This document shows, piece by piece, positions 29,157 through 37,359 of a DNA stretch of 64,000 nt; the stretch's first letter is position 1, and each line of letters begins with the position of its first letter. This stretch comes from an uncultured Pseudomonadota bacterium (GTDB lineage Bacteria; Pseudomonadota; Alphaproteobacteria; Rs-D84). The stretch lies in NCBI GenBank assembly GCA_902798205.1, contig CADBVV010000002.1, positions 2,056-66,055 of the forward strand. Direction: 5' to 3'. Position numbers and translations under genes: made by a program. The notes under the pieces were generated by a model that searched no databases, was not told where the DNA came from, and was given only the letters and a program-made list of their open reading frames with translations.

Positions 29157-29864
29157 TAATTCCACTTTGCCATTGGTGGCGATTATATCGCCCGTATCCA
29201 TTGAAAATTTTCCGCCGGCCTCACTAACCAATAATTCACCCGCGGCAATTTCAGCATAATCAATTGGATCCGAAACAAATGCGTCCAATTTTCCAGCCGC
29301 AACCCATGCCAAATCTAATGCAGGACAACCAGTTTCCAATGCATTACCAGATATTATTGGACGAATACCATTTGTATTATAACCAATTGTTAAATCAGAT
29401 GGTTCAACCAAATTTGATACACGGATTTTTTCAGAATGATATGCAGAAAAAACATATGCACCCTTGTCCTTTTCTGCGTAATACAATCTTTCATCAATTG
29501 GGGAATAAACCAAAGCAATTTTTGTTTCACCATTTGAACGCAAAGCCAAAGAAATTGCAAAATGTGCATTTCCACGAACAAAATTTGCCGCACCAGAAAG
29601 TGCCAAAACAAATTCATCACGTCCGTCCCCAGATTTTGATACATCTGGTGTTAACAATCCGGCCGATGGACGAACCAATTGCAAATCGTTCAATATGCTT
29701 TCTTCGATTCTGGCCGATGCCTTGGAAACAAAATCGCGCGCACTTTTAAGTGATTGCTGTAAATTTTCAACTTCACCGAAATCATGACGCAAACCTGTTG
29801 CAGTATTCTGCAATGCCGCGAACATTTTGTTTAATTCTGTTGAACCTTTAATCAGCAAATCCAT
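29154..29864 (-). CDS. Inositol-monophosphatase-family protein with degenerate metal-binding motifs
   Basis: 236 aa. The family-typical C-terminal part ..CPALDLAWVAAGKLDAFVS..DYAEIAAGELLVSEAGG.. is present. The canonical DPxDGT motif position reads LALSGAANFVRG. Confidence 0.65.
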   Translation of the reverse strand: MDLLIKGSTELNKMFAALQNTATGLRHDFGEVENLQQSLKSARDFVSKASARIEESILNDLQLVRPSAGLLTPDVSKSGDGRDEFVLALSGAANFVRGNAHFAISLALRSNGETKIALVYSPIDERLYYAEKDKGAYVFSAYHSEKIRVSNLVEPSDLTIGYNTNGIRPIISGNALETGCPALDLAWVAAGKLDAFVSDPIDYAEIAAGELLVSEAGGKFSMDTGDIIATNGKVEL

Positions 29865-29891
29865 AATGGCGCCTTTTGGTTTAAAAGATTA

Positions 29892-30083
29892 TTAGAAATT
29901 AAATCCAGCAAATTTGCTTCCTTTGGCACCTTCGTTGTTACGTTGGCCAGTCCATGCAGGATGGTTCAAATTGTCAGTAGACAAAACCAAATCTTTCTTA
30001 ACAGAAGAATACATTTTTACTGTTTTTCCGTCAGTTGTTGTGACGTTAATTTCATAATATTCTGGATGAATTCCTTTTTTCAT
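29892..30083 (-). CDS. rpmE: 50S ribosomal protein L31 (Cys-free form)
   Basis: MKKGIHPEYYEINVTTTDGKTVKMYSS...NHPAWTGQRN....KFAGFNF. The L31 pattern is present without the CxxC zinc motif. Confidence 0.9.
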   Translation of the reverse strand: MKKGIHPEYYEINVTTTDGKTVKMYSSVKKDLVLSTDNLNHPAWTGQRNNEGAKGSKFAGFNF

Positions 30084-30177
30084 CGTGTTGTCCTTTGTTT
30101 ATAAATTACCTAAATAGCCCGAAGATTATACCTGCTTTTTTATTAAAATCAAGATAAAGTTGTTGTTTTTACGGGTA

Positions 30178-30690
30178 TTAATATTGCCCAATGCATCCCA
30201 AATACGAATTTCCAGTCGATTCGATAACATTTATGAACTGATTTTGGTTGTTTCCAGAAAACAATGCCAAAATAGTTCCCGCGTCTGTTGCCAACATATC
30301 AGATACGGTTGCAATCGAAGAATTCATTTTCTTGAAAAAACCGCTAGAAGGTCTTATTTCTGCGGCTAATAATTGATTTTTTCCATGCAATTTTGCACTG
30401 TCTGATGGAACAATAACCATTAATTGGCATTCTGGGGAAACGATAATTTTTTCAACAATTACACCATCGCCACCCAACAATTCGCCCCACCATCCGGTAG
30501 ATTCGCAAAATACAGGATAATAAATTACCGCATCTTCTTTTTCTTGGAATATTGCATTAATATCCAAATCTTCCAAAATAACTTCTGGCATTTGACCGGT
30601 CAGGTTATTTATAACCTTGCGTGACAATTGGTAATCAGTATTACCATTTGTTTTATGTGGCCAATAAAGAATCGGAATTTTACTCATCAC
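30178..30690 (-). CDS. Hypothetical protein
   Basis: 170-aa ORF with no TM or signal and no recognisable motif. It lies between rpmE and the VirB6-like cluster. Confidence 0.5.
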   Translation of the reverse strand: MMSKIPILYWPHKTNGNTDYQLSRKVINNLTGQMPEVILEDLDINAIFQEKEDAVIYYPVFCESTGWWGELLGGDGVIVEKIIVSPECQLMVIVPSDSAKLHGKNQLLAAEIRPSSGFFKKMNSSIATVSDMLATDAGTILALFSGNNQNQFINVIESTGNSYLGCIGQY

Positions 30691-30755
30691 GATGAATTAT
30701 ATCAGATTCGGTGGCAATAAAAAAGTGCCCTTTGTTAAATAAAGCACTTGATTTT

Positions 30756-32048
30756 TTATTTTTTTATTGCTGATGCCCATTTTTTAAGGTTTTCCCACAT
30801 TATATTTAAATCATTTTTTGCTGTTTGATAGTATTTATCCGATATTTGTATCTTGAAAAGCATACTGGATAATTGTGGTATCATTGTCATAAACATCGCA
30901 ATAAATATCCCCATTAACACAACAGTTATCAAACTGTCATTATGGAAAACCAAGCCGTCCATCAATATTTTCGAATCGTTATTTGCAATTGCTTGTTCCA
31001 AAACATTCGCACCTTCCCAGCTGCCAAACGCGGCATTAAGGAACATTATCGAAAACGTTAAAAATACTATTGTTAATGCGATTCCAACAACCGCTTTGAT
31101 AACATCGTCTATCATTACGCGAATCGTTCGGCCACCTTTTGGAAACAATGCAAAATCTTCGTTATCAAACATCCATGACATTAACATCAATGGCAACATA
31201 ACCAAATCCAGTGATAATTTTACAAATACTTCCAAGAAATATAAAGGTATCGGCAAAAGTGCATAAAAATACAAAACCAATATCAAAAGCCCTGCAAACA
31301 AAATCGGAACATTTGGAAAGATCGGAACCGATGCCAATATTTTGTGCATATAATCTGAATTAAATGCCATATTCATCATGGTCCAACCAACAGTCATTCC
31401 CAAACCAGTTATTTGATGAACATTTGCAACCTCGCATGCCAATTGGTGTCTTAATTTTGGTGAAAAAGCACCATATGCAGATGCATCCGCAGATACAGTT
31501 ACCGGATCAGCAATTGCGGTTGCAACCATACATTCTGAAAATTTGTTATTATCGCTAACAACATAATCAAATGATGTTCCAATAACCAATGCCGGTTCAA
31601 TCAAAGCATTTGTTATTAATCGTGGCAAAGGTAATAACATAAGGATAATCAAAACACTTAATCTGAATATGTGTGTTCCAAAATTGCCCATTATTTTTGA
31701 TGCATTGTCCATTTTATTATTCAATGCCCCAGAAACAAAATTCCACGCAACAAACAAAGCCAACAAAGATGCAGACATTGGTATAACCACGCGCGCCAAT
31801 GCCGAATAAACCTTTGGTAACAAATTGGACATAGAAATCATAACATCTGAAAAAATTTGACATGTCCAACAAGAAGTGAAGAAATCCAGCGCATCTTTCA
31901 TATCAACCGGTGCAACGGTTCGCCATATAGAAACACCGATAATACCAACCCCAACGGCAGCCCCACCTATGACCAAAGGCGAAACGGCCCATGAAGAAAA
32001 TGGTAACATCGCGACAAACCACACCCAAAATTTTTTTAATGCTTTCAT
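30756..32048 (-). CDS. Polytopic membrane protein, TrbL/VirB6-like paralog A (divergent from B-E)
   Basis: About 430 aa from MKALKKFWVWF; the track ORF extends to 32126. It has multiple hydrophobic helices, the motif CWTCQIF, a loop Cys pair (..FSECMVA...LACEVANV..), the TM motif LDLVMLPLMLMSWMF and the Lys-rich tail ..LKKWASAIKK. See the finding at 30756-37357. Confidence 0.6.
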   Translation of the reverse strand: MKALKKFWVWFVAMLPFSSWAVSPLVIGGAAVGVGIIGVSIWRTVAPVDMKDALDFFTSCWTCQIFSDVMISMSNLLPKVYSALARVVIPMSASLLALFVAWNFVSGALNNKMDNASKIMGNFGTHIFRLSVLIILMLLPLPRLITNALIEPALVIGTSFDYVVSDNNKFSECMVATAIADPVTVSADASAYGAFSPKLRHQLACEVANVHQITGLGMTVGWTMMNMAFNSDYMHKILASVPIFPNVPILFAGLLILVLYFYALLPIPLYFLEVFVKLSLDLVMLPLMLMSWMFDNEDFALFPKGGRTIRVMIDDVIKAVVGIALTIVFLTFSIMFLNAAFGSWEGANVLEQAIANNDSKILMDGLVFHNDSLITVVLMGIFIAMFMTMIPQLSSMLFKIQISDKYYQTAKNDLNIMWENLKKWASAIKK

Positions 32049-32116
32049 AATTTTAATTATACCACAAATTATGTTAAATGTGATATAATTCAATATATAA
32101 AAAATAAAAAGAGAGA

Positions 32117-33415
32117 ATGCACACACAAAAATCTGTGATATTGCGCTTGTTTGGTCGCGCCCAAACTTTGTTTGGGGTGTTTGTTTTGTGTGCTTTATTT
32201 ACAAATTCTGCGCACGCAGATATTCTTGATGCATATAATTTGGCACCATTTGTTCCGCTTGTTTTGGAAACAATGATGAATATTGCCACATCATTATATA
32301 ATTTCTTTGTGGGGAACGGAACCGGCATAATATACATTTTCATCTATGCGTTTTTGGGATTTTATATTGGGTTATACCTTGTAAAAATGCATTTACCAAA
32401 AGATTGGCTGTCTTTTTTCGGTTTTTCTGATGGCGGTGAAATGTGGGAAAAGAAAATAGACACATGGAAAATATCAGAAAATGTTTTAAAACCTTGTGTT
32501 CGTGCAATCATTGCGGGTGTATTTTTATTACAAATAAAACCTGTTTATGTAACAGAATGGTTGGTAAATCCGTTTCTGGAATTTGGTTCTTTTTACACAG
32601 AACAAATTTTAATCAACGTCAACAATTCAAAAATTGATACCGCCGATGCACCGGTATGTCCCGCATCAATCGAAGAATCCGGGTGGATTTCAAAACGCAG
32701 TTGTGATTTCTTGGTAAAACCTGTTTTCATAATTTCACAAGAAAATAATAAAGTTATTAAATACGGTTTTGATTTCCTTAAAAAAGGTGTGCGTGGTATG
32801 ATGACATTGATACCACATGGCGGTGAAGATTTATTAAACATTATAACGGGTATATTCTTGCTTTTCGCGTTTATATCGGCAAATGTATTTATGGCCCTTT
32901 TAATTATCCAGGCAATATTTGATTTTTGTTTATCCCTTATCATGTATCCATTTAATGTGTTGGCATGGGTTGCAAAAAAATCTGATAAATGGTTTGATGT
33001 GTTGCCTGCATTTTCACAAATAATTGACGCATTAAAAAATCTTATTATCACAATGATTGCATGTGCATTTATATTGTGTATAAATATTGCTGTGGTTCGT
33101 GCATTGTTTAATTGGTCTTCGTCTGTATTTAATGTTGCCGCTGGTGGTGTTTCTGTATCAAACGTTCCATCAATTACAAACAGTGCTATGAATTTTGGTC
33201 AACATTCTATTTTGTGGATATCGGCGCTTTTGACATTCTTTTTAATGCAAAACATATTCAAAATGACACGTGAAAGATTGGATATGTACACAACAAAAGA
33301 TCATTGGTTATATGACAATGTAACAGGTGATGCGAAAACATTCTGGAACATGGCAAAGGCAACACCAGGTGCAATAAAAAACATTATAAAACTGAAAGAC
33401 AAAGCAAAGAAATAA
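32117..33415 (+). CDS. Polytopic membrane protein, TrbL/VirB6-like paralog B
   Basis: 432 aa with signal-like N-terminus ..LFGVFVLCALFTNSAHA. Loop Cys pair (..APVCPASIEESGWISKRSCDF..), TM motif FDFCLSLIMYPFNVLAWVAKKSDKWF and tail ..KLKDKAKK. Confidence 0.6.
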   Translation: MHTQKSVILRLFGRAQTLFGVFVLCALFTNSAHADILDAYNLAPFVPLVLETMMNIATSLYNFFVGNGTGIIYIFIYAFLGFYIGLYLVKMHLPKDWLSFFGFSDGGEMWEKKIDTWKISENVLKPCVRAIIAGVFLLQIKPVYVTEWLVNPFLEFGSFYTEQILINVNNSKIDTADAPVCPASIEESGWISKRSCDFLVKPVFIISQENNKVIKYGFDFLKKGVRGMMTLIPHGGEDLLNIITGIFLLFAFISANVFMALLIIQAIFDFCLSLIMYPFNVLAWVAKKSDKWFDVLPAFSQIIDALKNLIITMIACAFILCINIAVVRALFNWSSSVFNVAAGGVSVSNVPSITNSAMNFGQHSILWISALLTFFLMQNIFKMTRERLDMYTTKDHWLYDNVTGDAKTFWNMAKATPGAIKNIIKLKDKAKK

Positions 33416-33418
33416 AAG

Positions 33419-34609
33419 ATGCAAGAATTGGCAAACTCTTTAATAGACAGCAGCATCCAATGTTGGACTTGTCCTGTGTTTGACAATTTGTTTGCAATTG
33501 TTTCAAACACTGCTGCGGCAGCATATCAAAGGCTGTGTATTTTCAGCATACTTATATTCTGTGTTTTATTTGCGTTTTATTCATTAAATGTTGTTTGGCA
33601 AAATATTAAAAATGGTGCAAAAGATTCTTTATTCGAAAAAAATCTTAGACCGGTTTTAATTAAATCATTAATTGCACTAAGTTTGTTAGGAATGGGATTG
33701 GTTGTTCCGCGTTTTATTTCAACAATCACTTTTGAACCAGCGGCCATCATGACATTACAATATACAAAAGCGATGTTGCCATCTGATTATGTTATACCTG
33801 CGTATGAAAACGCAATAAAACTTGGCAACGATGGTTTCTTTAATCCAGAATTGCGCGATACCATAATACAAATTTTGGAAACCAGTATTGCGAATTTCCA
33901 GGTATATATCAAAATTGGTATTGCAATCATTGATGAAGCTTTTTCTCTTAAGGCTCTGCTTGGTATAGGATCGCTTATCAAACACATTATTATTTGTTTT
34001 ATTGGGATAATTTTAACATATAATTTTGTGCGACTATTTATAAAATATTCATTTTGTTTTATGGATATTATATCGGCAATGGCTATGTTTGCATTCTTTT
34101 TCCCATTGTCCGTTGTGTTATTCATATTCCGTGGTGCCAAAGATGTTCCGGGTTGGATAAGTGGTCTGGGTAAAAATCTTGGTGGTGGCCAAATTAAAAA
34201 ATTGGTAAATGCGATTGTGTCTGTTGCATCAACAATTCTTACGTATACTGTTATTATGCTAATTATACGTGGGTTCTTGGATGCAAATGGTGTATCAACA
34301 GATTCCATACAAAATACATCTGAATCACTGTTCGATTTCGATCTTGAAAATTCCAGTGCAATGCAAATAACATTTGCCGGATCAATAGTGTTGGTTTATG
34401 TGATAAAATACATTGCAGATCAAATTCCAAAAATCACAGAAAAAATATTATCTACGTTTAACATAAAACAAGAAGACGGTCTTTCAACCGAAATGGGTAA
34501 GAACGCATTACAATTAACACAAATTGTTGCGAACCAGGCAAAGAATTTGGCACAAACAATTATTAACCCAGAAAGCAGCAGCAAAGGCAAAACAGAAGAA
34601 AAGAAATGA
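33419..34609 (+). CDS. Polytopic membrane protein, TrbL/VirB6-like paralog C
   Basis: 396 aa with the N-terminal motif CWTCPVFDNLF. The core FFFPLSVVLFIFRGAKDVPGWISGL resembles, from memory, the A. tumefaciens VirB6 segment GPLILVGYIFDRTRDIAAKWIGQL. The tail is ..SSKGKTEEKK. It starts 3 nt after B. Confidence 0.65.
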   Translation: MQELANSLIDSSIQCWTCPVFDNLFAIVSNTAAAAYQRLCIFSILIFCVLFAFYSLNVVWQNIKNGAKDSLFEKNLRPVLIKSLIALSLLGMGLVVPRFISTITFEPAAIMTLQYTKAMLPSDYVIPAYENAIKLGNDGFFNPELRDTIIQILETSIANFQVYIKIGIAIIDEAFSLKALLGIGSLIKHIIICFIGIILTYNFVRLFIKYSFCFMDIISAMAMFAFFFPLSVVLFIFRGAKDVPGWISGLGKNLGGGQIKKLVNAIVSVASTILTYTVIMLIIRGFLDANGVSTDSIQNTSESLFDFDLENSSAMQITFAGSIVLVYVIKYIADQIPKITEKILSTFNIKQEDGLSTEMGKNALQLTQIVANQAKNLAQTIINPESSSKGKTEEKK

Positions 34610-36066
34610 TTAAAAAGTGGCTGATAGAACAAGGTTTAAAATTTTTGATGGGCGCAATTGCGTTGGGTATCGGCATTTGGTATTTAAGCAGTTCTATCGG
34701 TGGCGCATCGCTTTCTTATACCAGTGTTGACGCATTCATGCAACAAATCGGCGCAGAAAACGGTGATGTATCATCTGTCAACGGATGCTTTTTATGTGTA
34801 TATATTGGTGATTTGTTTGCCGTTCTTGGACGTGCCACAGAAATGTTTTGGAACGGCATTGTTCACAATTTATGGATTCTTATGGCGGTTGGGTTTGGCA
34901 TATTTATAATATCGCACACTTTCCAATTTATTAACGAACAAGCCAAATCAAAAGATATAAAAGATTTATCAAATAAAGAAATCAAACTTGATTTCAAAAA
35001 ATGGTTTGAAAAAGTTTGGAAGACAGGTATGCGTGTTCTTATTGCCGGTGCTTTGATTGGCGCATTAAATTGGTCTGGAACATCAACATTAAAGGTTGTT
35101 ACAAATGTAACTGTTACGCCAGTTATGTATCTTGGATCAACGCTTTCGATGATGGCAACCGGTGTGATAAGTGGTGCAAAATGTGAAATGCCAGAAATGA
35201 CAGATAAAGCAGAAGACATATTAACACCTGTGTTGCATCCATTTATGTGTGTTATTGGTAATTTAAACACAGTTATGTTGGCCGGCGCGGGCGGTGGTTT
35301 TGCGTTGATGAATTATTCATGGCTGGATTTAAATGAAAAAGTTGGTGGTGTGTTTACTTGGATTGCCGGATTGGCATTAGTAATCATGTTTTTGGTAATT
35401 GGTTTTGATCTGTTATTCCAAATATTAAGCGTGTTCTTTAAATTAATTTTCATAATAATATTTATGCCACTTTTAATTGCGGCGGCTGCATTTGAACAGG
35501 TGTGGAGCCTGGCCAAAGGATTATTAAATTCTGCTGTAGATATATTGCTTAAATCTGTGATAAACATATTAAGAATCAGTTTAAAGATAACCATTATTTA
35601 TGCCGTTGTATATTTTGCCGCAGATCAATTTTATCCTGGTCCAGAAGATAATTTCACCAGCATATTGCCCCCATTAATATCCACAGTAAAACCAGAAAAT
35701 ATGGACGCACAAACAATGTCTGTGATGAACGTATTTTCAACATGTGAAAAAGTTTCTTTGATTAACGGTGAAATGGACAAAGAAAAATTCACAGCCTGTT
35801 TTAAAACCCAGAAAAACTTGGTTGAACAAAAATATCCTGGTGCATTTGATTTCATGGATGACGGATTTGATTTCTTGTTATTTATGTTGGGTGTATTTAT
35901 GTTATATTTCTGGATTGTATCCCCACGCATAGACAAATTGATTGGATCCACAGACAAAGAATCTTTCGATTATGGTCAATGGGTCAAAGATTTTGGTAAA
36001 ACAGTTTATAACGCACCAGTCAATATCTATACCAAGGTACGCGATAAAATGAAAGAAGGAAAATAA
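34606..36066 (+). CDS. Polytopic membrane protein, TrbL/VirB6-like paralog D
   Basis: 486 aa with motif CFLCVYIGDLF, loop Cys pair (..GAKCEMPE...HPFMCVIGNL..), TM motif FKLIFIIIFMPLLIAAAAF and tail ..VRDKMKEGK. A 4-nt ATGA overlap joins it to C. Confidence 0.6.
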   Translation: MIKKWLIEQGLKFLMGAIALGIGIWYLSSSIGGASLSYTSVDAFMQQIGAENGDVSSVNGCFLCVYIGDLFAVLGRATEMFWNGIVHNLWILMAVGFGIFIISHTFQFINEQAKSKDIKDLSNKEIKLDFKKWFEKVWKTGMRVLIAGALIGALNWSGTSTLKVVTNVTVTPVMYLGSTLSMMATGVISGAKCEMPEMTDKAEDILTPVLHPFMCVIGNLNTVMLAGAGGGFALMNYSWLDLNEKVGGVFTWIAGLALVIMFLVIGFDLLFQILSVFFKLIFIIIFMPLLIAAAAFEQVWSLAKGLLNSAVDILLKSVINILRISLKITIIYAVVYFAADQFYPGPEDNFTSILPPLISTVKPENMDAQTMSVMNVFSTCEKVSLINGEMDKEKFTACFKTQKNLVEQKYPGAFDFMDDGFDFLLFMLGVFMLYFWIVSPRIDKLIGSTDKESFDYGQWVKDFGKTVYNAPVNIYTKVRDKMKEGK

Positions 36067-36067
36067 A

Positions 36068-37357
36068 ATGCATATTAGAAAAATTTTTAAATTCTTAATG
36101 ATGTGCATTTTTTGCGCAACCACTTTTGTCGCATCATCATATGCCGCAGGTAATATGCCATATGGGGATATTGGTGAATATGGAAATTGGATAACAGCAG
36201 ATAATATGCAAAAATATAATTCTGATTTATCTGGCGATGTTGAAAATTTCCAACAAACATTTCAAACAAATCTTCATAAAACAAACTTTGTTCCAATCGA
36301 AGTCAAAATCGGTTTAGTATTTATGAAGGCTCTTTCTGCCATTGATACGGTTTTACAAAATTCATTAGTGCGTTTTACAATATTGTTCTTGTTCCTGATG
36401 TATGCATATTGGGTTGGATTGGAAGCATACAAACTTATTCGTGAATCATCTGATTATAAAAAAGTTTTATACGATTTATTTATCAAAGGTATAAAAATTG
36501 CTGCATGGGTAATAATATTGAATTATGGTCCTGCAAAAATATTTACATTACTTATATCGCCTATTATTGCACTGGGTATGTATATATCTGATTTTATATT
36601 GGGCGCTGTTGCACAAACATACAATGTAAACATACCGGATACATGTGCAACAATACATCAATATGTTAATGCGAACACATCCGAACAACTGTTAGTAAAT
36701 GCTGATACAGCCGCAAATATTATGTGTTTACCGGCAAGACTTTCTGTATATTTTTATCATGCAACCGCATCAGCATTTGAATGGATGGTAAATGGTTTTA
36801 AAAACCTTAGCCCAACAATGGTTATTGTTGGTGGGGCATCTGTATTTTTATTTATCAGTTGTATATTTAAATATGCATTTATGACATTGGGTGTTGTCGC
36901 AGATTTATTTTTAACATTATTAATGTTGCCTTTCACTGCACTTGCAGAAGCCGCACCTGCAACATCTGAAGATAAAAATATACCGGGCAGAATATACAGC
37001 GGTTTATTAAAAATATTTAATACACAAAAGGTTTCTGATGTTATATCTACATTTATAAATGCTGCGATATATTTTGTATCACTTGCTATTGTTATCGCTA
37101 TCTGTGCGACATTATTAACAAATATAATATCTATCAACGGACACAACACTTATGCTGTTGGTTCTGCAATGACAACAATATTGTGCGCATCATTAATATT
37201 CTATCTGGCGGGCCAGGCAGACAAACTGGCAACAGACATCGGTGGAAAAATCGATAATTCATTCGGTGAAAAAATACAAAAAGATACCAAAACACTTTGG
37301 GACGATATCAAAGGAATGGGTGGAAAATTGTTCAATACCTGGTTAAAGAAAAAATAA
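36068..37357 (+). CDS. Polytopic membrane protein, TrbL/VirB6-like paralog E
   Basis: 429 aa with signal-like ..MMCIFCATTFVASSYAA. Loop Cys pair (..PDTCATIHQ...NIMCLPARL..), TM motif ADLFLTLLMLPFTALAEA and tail ..FNTWLKKK. It starts 1 nt after D. Confidence 0.6.
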   Translation: MHIRKIFKFLMMCIFCATTFVASSYAAGNMPYGDIGEYGNWITADNMQKYNSDLSGDVENFQQTFQTNLHKTNFVPIEVKIGLVFMKALSAIDTVLQNSLVRFTILFLFLMYAYWVGLEAYKLIRESSDYKKVLYDLFIKGIKIAAWVIILNYGPAKIFTLLISPIIALGMYISDFILGAVAQTYNVNIPDTCATIHQYVNANTSEQLLVNADTAANIMCLPARLSVYFYHATASAFEWMVNGFKNLSPTMVIVGGASVFLFISCIFKYAFMTLGVVADLFLTLLMLPFTALAEAAPATSEDKNIPGRIYSGLLKIFNTQKVSDVISTFINAAIYFVSLAIVIAICATLLTNIISINGHNTYAVGSAMTTILCASLIFYLAGQADKLATDIGGKIDNSFGEKIQKDTKTLWDDIKGMGGKLFNTWLKKK

Positions 37358-37359
37358 GG

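Noticed and set aside
32593-37149. Minus-strand ORFs inside the VirB6-like B-E genes (32593..33051, 33787..34308, 34863..35270, 35313..35957, 36757..37149)
   Set aside because: They are antisense shadows of AT-rich membrane-protein genes. The plus-strand genes are contiguous and translationally coupled.
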